From the NCBI GenBank assembly GCA_034669905.1, contig JAXMOL010000087.1, positions 1 through 14,636 of the forward strand: a stretch of 14,636 bases of DNA, written 5' to 3'. A model generated the notes under the pieces. It saw only the letters and a list, made by a program, of their open reading frames with translations. It searched no databases and was not told the DNA's origin. Positions 7,697 to 14,636 of the stretch are shown piece after piece (within the stretch, counting starts at the first letter, position 1; each line of letters opens with the position of its first letter). This DNA comes from Candidatus Hydrogenedentota bacterium (GTDB lineage Bacteria > Hydrogenedentota > Hydrogenedentia > Hydrogenedentales > JAEUWI01). A program made the position numbers and the translations under genes.

Positions 7697-8902
7697 TTAT
7701 CGTGACAACGACGGGGTGGCGAGTTTGACCTCCCGTCCCAATCCAAGGGATTTTCCACTTCGAAGATAGTTGAAGCCGTGCTTTTGCCGCACCGCATCGG
7801 CCTGTTCCAGGACCCGTTCCCATTTCTCATCACCCTTACCGCCGAAGAGGGTCATCTGATGCTGGTTGTAGCGTAACTGGTCCAGTCCCACGCCAATGAG
7901 CCGTACCCGGGCCTGGCGTGACTGGCCTTTGGTGATAAGCTCCCGGAGCGCGGCGCCGACCACACTGTCTATGGCCGTTGGTTCGGGAAGGGTGTGCGCG
8001 AAGGTCTTGGTTTCAAAATCACGGTAGCGAACTTTGAGGGTGACCCGCTTGGCCTCCAGTCCCTCTTCCCGCAGGGTATACATGCACCGCTCGGTGAGAT
8101 AGGCCAGGGTCTGCTCAATCTGGGGCCAGGACAGGGTGTCTTCCGGAAAAGTCGTTTCACGACTGATGGACTTGGCCACCCGCTCCACCTCCACCTCGGA
8201 AGTGGAAATGCCCTGGGCCCGACGTTGCAGGCTGACTGCCGTCTGGTGGCCAAAGGCCCTCTCAAGTGCGATAAGGGACGCGCTAGCCAGATCGCCGAGG
8301 GTACGAACGCCCAGGCGCTCCAGCACATCACAGGTCCGTGGCCCTGCGCCCGGAAGTTTGCGTACCGATAGTGGCGCCAGGAAGGCCCGCTCCTCCCCGG
8401 CCGCCACCCGCAGATAGCCGTCTGGCTTGCCTTCGTCCGAACCAATCTTCGACACCAGTTTGTTGGGGGTGATGGCCACGGTACACGGCAGACCCGTCTG
8501 CGCCTTGATTTCGTTTTTTATATAAGCCGCGATTCCGTCGTCGCCGCCAAAGATACGCTGAGAACCGGAAACATCAAGGTAGGCTTCATCAATGGAAGCC
8601 ATTTGCACCAGTGGGGTAACCGTTTCCAATACGGTGCGGACCTTACGGGATGCCTCGCGGTAGTGTTCAAAGTGGCCCCGCATAAAAATGCCATGGGGAC
8701 AGCGTCGTTTCGCCTCGGCCAGGGACATGGCCGAATGGACCCCATAGCGACGGGCCTCATAGGAGGCGGTGGAAACGACCCCGCGCGTATCTTCCTTGCT
8801 CCCACCGATGATCAAGGGCTTTCCCGCCAGGGATGGATCGCGCACGACTTCAACCGATGCGAAGAAGGCATCCATGTCGATATGTACGATACGTCGTTCC
8901 AT
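7697..8902 (-). CDS. dinB: DNA polymerase IV (Y-family)
   Basis: Motifs IVHIDMDAFFASVE, RGVVSTASYEARRYGVHSAM, SIDEAYLD, KPDG, KSISRETTF and VRLIGV. Confidence 0.97.
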   Translation of the reverse strand: MERRIVHIDMDAFFASVEVVRDPSLAGKPLIIGGSKEDTRGVVSTASYEARRYGVHSAMSLAEAKRRCPHGIFMRGHFEHYREASRKVRTVLETVTPLVQMASIDEAYLDVSGSQRIFGGDDGIAAYIKNEIKAQTGLPCTVAITPNKLVSKIGSDEGKPDGYLRVAAGEERAFLAPLSVRKLPGAGPRTCDVLERLGVRTLGDLASASLIALERAFGHQTAVSLQRRAQGISTSEVEVERVAKSISRETTFPEDTLSWPQIEQTLAYLTERCMYTLREEGLEAKRVTLKVRYRDFETKTFAHTLPEPTAIDSVVGAALRELITKGQSRQARVRLIGVGLDQLRYNQHQMTLFGGKGDEKWERVLEQADAVRQKHGFNYLRSGKSLGLGREVKLATPSLSR

Positions 8903-8950
8903 CTGGTCGTTCTTTCGGTGGGTGGTGAACCCGGTGTTTGTGCCAAACTA

Positions 8951-8981
8951 CTGAACAAGAAAGCACTGAAAATAAGTACAG
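8951..8981. promoter_or_regulatory. Putative LexA/SOS operator(s) upstream of dinB
   Basis: CTGAAAATAAGTACAG (8966-8981; CTGTACTTATTTTCAG on the minus strand) fits CTG-N10-CAG. A degenerate second copy, CTGAACAAGAAAGCAC, is at 8951-8966. The main box lies just downstream of the dinB -10. Confidence 0.6.
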
Positions 8982-8985
8982 CCAA

Positions 8986-9014
8986 AGTATACCCCCAACA
9001 CCGTGGTCTGTCAA
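8986..9014 (-). promoter_or_regulatory. sigma70 promoter of dinB
   Basis: Minus strand TTGACA (9014-9009), 17 nt, TATACT (8991-8986). Confidence 0.8.
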
Positions 9015-9554
9015 GTGTTTCTTTCCGAAGATGCGGAGAGATCGTAAGTTTCAGCACTCAATAGAGTTAGGGGTAATGCGGTTACCGATTGCCTATCGGG
9101 GTTTGGGAACTTCCAGAAGAAAAGGGCGGCGCTTTCCCCTACTACAGGATGGTACGGATGGGTCGTCGGATTGGGTATTCAGCGTTTTTTTCGGGGCCAT
9201 TGCCTTGACTGAAAGGGGCAAGCCCGATGCTTCGTGGCCGATTGGGGGCCTGAAAGCTACGTGTTCGTGGTGGAATGGTGCCTATATGACCAGAATGTAG
9301 GTTTTGGGTGTTTTTGCGGAATTTGAGTATTCGTAGTCTTGTAAATAAATTACGGTGCTCTTGCCCTGTGTGTGGTTTTGTGTCGTACGGATTTGTGGGA
9401 AAGGGTGGCGGTGAGGTCTTGTTGGGGTCATGATATCCCGTAAAAATCTCCAGTTTCTTTCGCCAGGGTGTTGTTTCGGGTGACGAGGTGTCCTGAGGGG
9501 GGGGTTGTTGCCTGGGGATCTGCTGGCTCTTAAAGATACGGCTGTGTCAGATTT

Positions 9555-9571
9555 TGTAAGTCGTTCTTACA
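9555..9571. promoter_or_regulatory. Palindromic upstream activator/operator site
   Basis: TGTAAG-TCGTT-CTTACA has perfect 6-bp arms and lies about 100 bp upstream of the sigma54 -24 element. Confidence 0.5.
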
Positions 9572-9668
9572 TGTAGGTGCTTTTTTGTGGTCCCATCCTT
9601 CCCTCCGTTGACGTCCCTGATTCCCGATGGGCCTGTGTTTCCTCGGTTCACTGTTGACACCGCAGTTT

Positions 9669-9683
9669 TGGCACAAGCGTTGC
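9669..9683 (+). promoter_or_regulatory. sigma54 (-24/-12) promoter of amtB-glnK
   Basis: TGGCAC-AAGCG-TTGC is an exact match to TGGCAC-N5-TTGC, 82 nt before the amtB ATG. Confidence 0.85.
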
Positions 9684-9765
9684 GTTACGGTGCTGTGCGG
9701 AATGGTACCGCAGCAGTTCAGTTAGCCCGAAGTAACGAAGTAACGCATTCAGGAAAGGAATTGAA

Positions 9766-11142
9766 ATGGGCATGGGAAAATGGAAATCTATAGTTGCCTT
9801 CTCTTTGATGGCATTTGCGCTTCTAGGCGCGATGCCGGAGGTCGTGGCGCAGGAAGAAGCCGCGGCAGTTGTGGAGGAAGTAACCGCACCGACGGTGCAA
9901 GACAATCTTAATATTGTATGGACCTGTGTGGCGGCCTTTTTGGTCTTCTTCATGCAGGCCGGCTTTGCCATGGTGGAAGCAGGCTTCACCCGCGCAAAGA
10001 ACGTGGTCAACATCATCATGAAAAACCTGATGGACTTTTCGATCGGTTCCATCGCGTTTTTCACGATCGGTTTTGGCATCATGTTTGGCCTGAACAGCTC
10101 GGGATTTATCGGGACCTCCGATTTCTTCCTGGGGTGGAATGAGTACGGCGATGGCTTTGACAGCCAGTGGCCCTTCACGTTCCTCATCTTCCAGACGGTG
10201 TTTGCCGCTACGGCCGCTACCATCGTTTCGGGTGCTATGGCGGAACGGACGAAGTTCACCTCCTACCTCATTTACAGTGTGGCCATCTCGGCGTTCATCT
10301 ATCCGGTCTTCGGTAGCTGGGCCTGGAACAGCCTCTTTGCCGACTCCTCCGGCTGGCTCGAAAACATGGGATTCCTTGATTTCGCTGGTTCCACGGTGGT
10401 GCACTCGGTAGGCGGCTGGTTGGCCCTTGCGGGTGCCATCGTTATCGGACCGCGTATTGGTAAGTATGGTCCCGACGGTAAGGCCCGTGCGATTCCGGGT
10501 CACAACATGGCCCTCGGCGCCCTCGGCGTTTTCATCCTCTGGTTGGGCTGGTTCGGCTTTAATCCCGGCAGCACGACAACGGGCGACGGAACCATCGGTT
10601 ACATCGCGGTTACGACCAACCTGGCTGCTGCGGGTGGTGCCATCGGTGCCATGTTCATGGCCTGGATCCTTCTCAAGAAGCCCGAAGGCTCCATGAGTCT
10701 CAACGGCGCGCTGGCGGGCCTTGTGTCCATCACGGCTCCCTGTGATGGTGTGACGCCCCTGGCCTCCATCATCATCGGCTTCATCGGCGGTGTGATCGTG
10801 GTGCTCAGCATTCTGGCCCTTGACAAGCTCCTCAAAATTGACGACCCGGTCGGCTGCATCAGCGTCCACGGTGTCTGCGGTGCCTGGGGTACCCTCTCCT
10901 GCGGGCTCTGGAATGTGGATTCCGGTCTCTTCTACGGCGGTGGCGTAAGCCAGCTTGGCGTTCAGCTTGCCGGTATCGGTGCAGGCTTCGTATGGGCCTT
11001 CGGTGCTGGTCTGATTCTCTTCCTTGCGATTAAATATACCGTGGGTCTCCGCGTGACCAAGGAAGAAGAAATTGCTGGCCTCGATGTGGGTGAACACGGC
11101 ATGGAAGCCTACTCCGGTTTCCAGATCTTCAACAACCAGTAA
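9766..11142 (+). CDS. amtB: Ammonium transporter
   Basis: Motifs FFMQAGFAMVEAG, FQTVFAAT, SGAMAER, DFAGSTVVH, WFGFNPGS and DDPVGCISVHG (both twin-His residues present). N-terminal signal-peptide-like segment. AGGAAAGGA RBS. Confidence 0.97.
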   Translation: MGMGKWKSIVAFSLMAFALLGAMPEVVAQEEAAAVVEEVTAPTVQDNLNIVWTCVAAFLVFFMQAGFAMVEAGFTRAKNVVNIIMKNLMDFSIGSIAFFTIGFGIMFGLNSSGFIGTSDFFLGWNEYGDGFDSQWPFTFLIFQTVFAATAATIVSGAMAERTKFTSYLIYSVAISAFIYPVFGSWAWNSLFADSSGWLENMGFLDFAGSTVVHSVGGWLALAGAIVIGPRIGKYGPDGKARAIPGHNMALGALGVFILWLGWFGFNPGSTTTGDGTIGYIAVTTNLAAAGGAIGAMFMAWILLKKPEGSMSLNGALAGLVSITAPCDGVTPLASIIIGFIGGVIVVLSILALDKLLKIDDPVGCISVHGVCGAWGTLSCGLWNVDSGLFYGGGVSQLGVQLAGIGAGFVWAFGAGLILFLAIKYTVGLRVTKEEEIAGLDVGEHGMEAYSGFQIFNNQ

Positions 11143-11184
11143 GCCGCGAATCACCGACCCTCGGAACGTTAGAAAGGAACAACC

Positions 11185-11526
11185 ATGAAACTGGTTACCG
11201 CATATATACAGCCTGAAAAGCTCAACGACGTAAAACAGGCCCTCTACGAATCAGGTATTACCAAGATGTCCATCACCAACTCCCTCGGCTGCGGCCAGCA
11301 GGGTGGCTACCACGAGTCCTATCGTGGTGTGGATGTGGAAGTAAACCTCCTTAAGAAAATTCGCCTGGAAGTGGCGGTGAATGAAGACTTTGTCAAGGCT
11401 ACCGTTGACGCCATTATCAAAGGCGCCAAAACGGGCAGCATTGGTGACGGCAAGATCTTCGTCACGGCCCTCGAAGAATGTATCCGTATTCGTACCGGTG
11501 AAAGCGGCATGGCGGCCATCGGTTAA
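11185..11526 (+). CDS. glnK: P-II family nitrogen regulator
   Basis: Motifs [21 protein letters not shown] and IRIRTGE. Directly downstream of amtB. AGAAAGGA RBS. Confidence 0.93.
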   Translation: MKLVTAYIQPEKLNDVKQALYESGITKMSITNSLGCGQQGGYHESYRGVDVEVNLLKKIRLEVAVNEDFVKATVDAIIKGAKTGSIGDGKIFVTALEECIRIRTGESGMAAIG

Positions 11527-11589
11527 CTAGCGTTTGCGAGGTCCCAACCTCGCTCTCCAAGGGAGCGCCTCCCAAGCGCTCCCCCCATT

Positions 11590-11636
11590 GCCCAGGGGCG
11601 GCGTTCTACCCGGAACGTCGTCCCGTTGGCTTTTTT
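11590..11636 (+). terminator. Rho-independent terminator of amtB-glnK
   Basis: GGGGCGGCGTTC pairs with GAACGTCGTCCC in a 12-bp stem (2 G-U), extendable by GCC/GGC and followed by TTTTTT. Two more hairpins precede it (11536-11553, 11561-11583). Confidence 0.7.
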
Positions 11637-11668
11637 AGGGGAAGTAGGTTTCAGAAAACGGGCCGGAC

Positions 11669-11853
11669 GGGTGCCACCCTCAAACGGAGGAGTGCAGCGG
11701 GGGAAGTTTGTGGGTGCGGTGGAGTCAGCAGTTCTCCGTTTAAACAGTATGTGATGGGACTTCCCCACCGTCTTTATCATCTGACTCCACTCCGGTGAAT
11801 GCCTATCACCCACAAGCGATTCGGCAAGTCCGCCCCGCTTGAGGATGGCACCC
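11669..11853 (-). ncRNA. 185-nt rod-shaped structured RNA or miniature element, IS110/IS1111 bridge(seek)-RNA-like
   Basis: Nested helices: 11853-11833 with 11689-11669 (21 bp; the three non-Watson-Crick pairs are G-U only on the minus strand), 11815-11807 with 11716-11708 (9 bp), and 11790-11781 with 11728-11719 (10 bp). Terminal domain AUGAUAAAGACGGU-GGG-GAAGU-CCC-AUCACAUACUGUUUAA. Confidence 0.6.
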
Positions 11854-11926
11854 CTGAATCTTCATTTTTTGACCATGTCGTTCCTCTGTGATCGTCCTCC
11901 GAAATCCCGTCGTTGGGCAAGAAGAC

Positions 11927-11956
11927 TTGGCCTCACATCCCCCTCTCAGGTATGCT
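11927..11956 (+). promoter_or_regulatory. Possible sigma70 promoter for the NIPSNAP gene
   Basis: TTGGCC-N18-TATGCT about 40 nt before the ATG at 11996. Confidence 0.35.
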
Positions 11957-11995
11957 CATTCCAAACTTTCCTTCCACCATAAAAAGGAATCTACC

Positions 11996-12772
11996 ATGGA
12001 ACGACGCGACTTTCTGGCAGGCTCCGCCCTCGCCGGTGCCGGACTTACCGCCTTGGGCGCGACTGGAGCAGAAACGACGATGAAACGGGAATATTACGAA
12101 CACCGGACGTATCAGCTCCTGCCCGGGGGACGACGGGGTGCTATTCACGAATACCTGGAGAAGGCGGCCATCCCCGCGTGGAATCGTCATGGCGTGGGGC
12201 CCGTCGGCGTGTTTACGGGGGTCTACGGCGGCGAGTGGACGACGGTGGAAGTCCTTCTGACCCACCCCACCCTGGAATCGGTGGTGACCGCCTCCGCCGC
12301 GTTGGGCGCCGACCCGGAATACCACAAGGCGGGCGCGGGCTTTGTGGATGCCCCAGCGAGTGCGCCCCAGTTTGTGCGCTACGAAAGCAGTCTCATGCAA
12401 TCCTTTACGGGGATGTCTAAACTCGAGGTGCCGGAAAAGAAAGATCGCATTTTCGAAATCCGCACCTACGAAAGTCACAGCGTAAAATTTGCCAAGAAGA
12501 AAATCCACATGTTCAACGAGGGGGGCGAGATTGCCATCTTCCGGGAAACGGGCCTGACCCCCGTGTTCTTCGGCGAAACCCTGGTCGGACCCCGCCTTCC
12601 CAATCTCACCTATATGCTCGTGTTTGATGACATGGCGGACCACGATGCCAGCTGGGCCAACTTCATCGGAAATGACAAGTGGAAAGCCCTCAGCGGTGAC
12701 ACGCAGTATAAGGACACGGTGTCGAATATCCACAATCGGATTTTGCGGCCACTGGCATATTCGCAGATATAA
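11996..12772 (+). CDS. NIPSNAP family protein (two NIPSNAP domains), Tat signal
   Basis: The start is moved from 11888 to 11996 because of the AAAAAGGA RBS and the MERRDFLAG twin-arginine signal. Motifs YYEHRTY, IFEIRTYESHS, PVFFGETLVG.RLPNLTYML and LRPLAYSQI. Confidence 0.9.
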   Translation: MERRDFLAGSALAGAGLTALGATGAETTMKREYYEHRTYQLLPGGRRGAIHEYLEKAAIPAWNRHGVGPVGVFTGVYGGEWTTVEVLLTHPTLESVVTASAALGADPEYHKAGAGFVDAPASAPQFVRYESSLMQSFTGMSKLEVPEKKDRIFEIRTYESHSVKFAKKKIHMFNEGGEIAIFRETGLTPVFFGETLVGPRLPNLTYMLVFDDMADHDASWANFIGNDKWKALSGDTQYKDTVSNIHNRILRPLAYSQI

Positions 12773-12884
12773 CCCCCAGGGGACTGCCTTCGCACGGTAT
12801 TGTGCGGTTGGGTAGTGGATGAAATGGCGATCCGCTCAAATGGCATCGGGCGTGTTGGATATTTCGCGGCTAACACGCTCTGTC

Positions 12885-12914
12885 TTGAGCTATGCCCCCC
12901 TACCGGTTTATCCT
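12885..12914 (+). promoter_or_regulatory. Possible sigma70 promoter for the oxidoreductase
   Basis: TTGAGC-N18-TATCCT, directly after a 9-bp hairpin (12850-12878). Confidence 0.3.
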
Positions 12915-12990
12915 GCTTCAGTGACCCCTCCATGTACGAAACCGCTTGGGGCCAATAGCGGTTAGTTTCTCATCATAAGGATTTACAGCC

Positions 12991-14424
12991 ATGCCGAGCT
13001 ACGATAAGAATGTGAATCGCCGGGACCTGCTTAAGGGTTTGACCATCCTGCCTGCCCTGACCGCGGGCGCCGCGATGGCGGAAACGTCCCGCCCCGCGAC
13101 GGAGTTGCCCCCTCCCATTACGGTGCCCAACAAGGAAGGCCACGTAAACCGTAGTGCGGGCACGGTCTCCCCTGATGGTGCCCAGGTGGTCGAGCACGCC
13201 CGAAAGCTACCGGTTCACCATGGCCGGGACGTCATCGTGTGTGGCGGTGGTCCAGCGGGTGTGGCGGCCGCCCTCGCCGCGGCACGCAACGGCGCCAAGA
13301 CCACCCTCTTCGAGGTGCACGGCTGCCTGGGCGGTGTGTGGACCGCAGGCATGCTGTGCAATATTCTGGACTATGGCAACAAGGCGGGCATCATGAAAGA
13401 GATTGAGGAACGTCTCGCGGCCGAGGGCAACGCCCCGCCCACCAACAAATTTACCTACGACCCAGAGTTGATGAAGTTTGTGCTGGAATCCATGTGTCTG
13501 GAAGCGGGCGTAGACATCCGACTCCAGACCCGGGTGGTCGGCGCCCTCCGCGATGGGGCCAGCCTCCGTGCCGTGCTCACCGAATCCAAGGCAGGCCGGG
13601 AAGCGTGGACGGCCCACACCTATATCGACTGCACCGGCGACGGAGACCTCGGTGCCCAGGCGGGCTGTGCCTTTGATGTAGGGATCGACGAAGACTGTCT
13701 GTGCCAGCCCATGAGCCTTATGGCCCTTGTTACGGGTATCGATGCCGAGGCGGTGCAGCCCTACATCAACGTACGAGGCGGGAATGCCAAGCAGGCGTTG
13801 CTCCAGCTTCTCATTGATCACGGACATCACCCCTCCTACGCCAGCCCCTCCCTTTTCTATATTCAAGAGGGACTCTTTGCCCTTATGGCCAATCACGAAT
13901 ACGGCGTCTCTGCCTTCGACCCCAAAGCCGTTACGGAGGCGACCTTGCGGGCACGCAAAGAGCTCAACGACATCATCAAGGCCCTCCACCGTGTAGGCGG
14001 CGCCTGGGAGAATGTGGCCCTGGTCGCGACCGCCGAGCAAATCGGTATCCGGGAAGGCCGCCGCATCCGGGGTCGCTACCACATCACCGCCGACGACCTG
14101 CGCGAGGGTAAGTCCCATGAAGACGGTATCTGTAAAGTGAAGTTCGCGGTGGATGTTCATACCCTCACCAAAGAAGCCGGCAAAACGCAGGGCTACTCCG
14201 GACACGGCATCAAGGTGAAGGCCTACGACATCCCCCTCCGCGCCCTCATCTCCAACGACGTGGACAACCTCCTTATGGCGGGACGTTGCATCAGTGGCGA
14301 CTTCTTCGCCCACGCCAGTTATCGCGTCACGGGGAATGCCGTGCCCATGGGTGAAGCCGCCGGGAAGTTCGCGGCAGAATGCCATGCAGCGGGCAAGGTG
14401 GCCGGGGACATGGTAACGGGCTAA
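12991..14424 (+). CDS. FAD-dependent oxidoreductase (FAD_oxidored-type), Tat signal
   Basis: NRRDLLKG twin-arginine motif. Motifs DVIVCGGGPAGVAAA, LGGVWTAG, IDCTGDGDL, IGIREGRRI, YDIPLRAL and NLLMAGRCIS. TAAGGA RBS. Confidence 0.92.
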   Translation: MPSYDKNVNRRDLLKGLTILPALTAGAAMAETSRPATELPPPITVPNKEGHVNRSAGTVSPDGAQVVEHARKLPVHHGRDVIVCGGGPAGVAAALAAARNGAKTTLFEVHGCLGGVWTAGMLCNILDYGNKAGIMKEIEERLAAEGNAPPTNKFTYDPELMKFVLESMCLEAGVDIRLQTRVVGALRDGASLRAVLTESKAGREAWTAHTYIDCTGDGDLGAQAGCAFDVGIDEDCLCQPMSLMALVTGIDAEAVQPYINVRGGNAKQALLQLLIDHGHHPSYASPSLFYIQEGLFALMANHEYGVSAFDPKAVTEATLRARKELNDIIKALHRVGGAWENVALVATAEQIGIREGRRIRGRYHITADDLREGKSHEDGICKVKFAVDVHTLTKEAGKTQGYSGHGIKVKAYDIPLRALISNDVDNLLMAGRCISGDFFAHASYRVTGNAVPMGEAAGKFAAECHAAGKVAGDMVTG

Positions 14425-14433
14425 GAGACGACG

Positions 14434-14484
14434 CTATGGAGCGCCGACGGCCCGCAGGTAACGTAGGGACTGCCACGCCCCATA
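14434..14484. repeat. REP-like dispersed repeat, copy 2 (imperfect hairpin)
   Basis: Similar to 200-226 and to the reverse complement of 173-186. TATGGAGCG...CGCCCCATA closes an imperfect stem just after the oxidoreductase stop. Confidence 0.55.
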
Positions 14485-14636
14485 TAGTTGGGGGGCAGCA
14501 ATCATGGGTACGGTAGATGTCAAGCATATTGAGACAGTCATAGGTTTTAATTAGAGAGTATTTGGACTGTGTTTTTGTCTTTCTCCGGTGTATCCCGTTT
14601 GGGCGGATTTATCCAGACGGCCTCTGGTGGAATGGC

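Noticed and set aside
8938..9300. 120-aa plus-strand ORF in the dinB-amtB gap
   Set aside because: No RBS or family motifs, atypical composition, and it overlaps the dinB promoter and operator.
9341..9353. GTAAATAAATTAC as an NtcA box
   Set aside because: The spacing is GTA-N7-TAC rather than N8, and it is far from the promoter.
9654..9659. TTGACA upstream of amtB as a sigma70 -35
   Set aside because: No -10-like hexamer at 16-18 nt spacing.
9823..11154. 443-aa antisense ORF over amtB
   Set aside because: A shadow ORF caused by the codon bias of a GC-rich gene. It has no recognisable motifs. The same applies to 13207-14385, 11933-12733, 5724-6563 and 1395-2054.
11523..11813. 96-aa minus-strand ORF across the structured element as a transposase remnant
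   Set aside because: No IS110 (GIDxxK/DEDD) or other transposase motifs, and no RBS.
11888..11995. N-terminal extension of the NIPSNAP ORF
   Set aside because: The RBS and Tat signal point to the ATG at 11996.
200..14460. Terminal direct repeats as attL/attR of an integrated island
   Set aside because: No integrase or tRNA, housekeeping-type cargo, and the repeats are palindromic and REP-like.
1..14636. CRISPR array, tRNA or rRNA
   Set aside because: No regularly spaced direct repeats, cloverleaf or T-loop signatures, or rRNA motifs were seen.

Overview
This is a GC-rich (~60%) bacterial chromosomal window. The gene style, with several Tat-exported enzymes, an anSME and a GH42-like protein, suggests a Hydrogenedentes/PVC-like organism, but that is inference only. 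Left part: a minus-strand operon (GT2 glycosyltransferase, membrane-anchored GH42-like protein, anaerobic sulfatase maturase with SEC-C tail, DoxX protein) lies divergent from a 56-aa YqaE/Pmp3 gene missing from the ORF track and a Tat-exported sulfatase-like hydrolase with a non-canonical TxPxH motif. Middle: dinB (minus strand) has a near-consensus sigma70 promoter with a CTG-N10-CAG SOS-like box over its start site and is followed by a candidate 26-aa sORF. It lies divergent from a sigma54-driven amtB-glnK operon. Right part: a Tat NIPSNAP protein and a Tat FAD oxidoreductase. The most unusual element is a 185-nt minus-strand rod-shaped structured RNA (11669-11853) between glnK and NIPSNAP. 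Its terminal domain resembles the guide loop of IS110/IS1111 bridge/seek RNAs, yet no recombinase gene is present in the window. Several REP-like palindromes lie in intergenic gaps.
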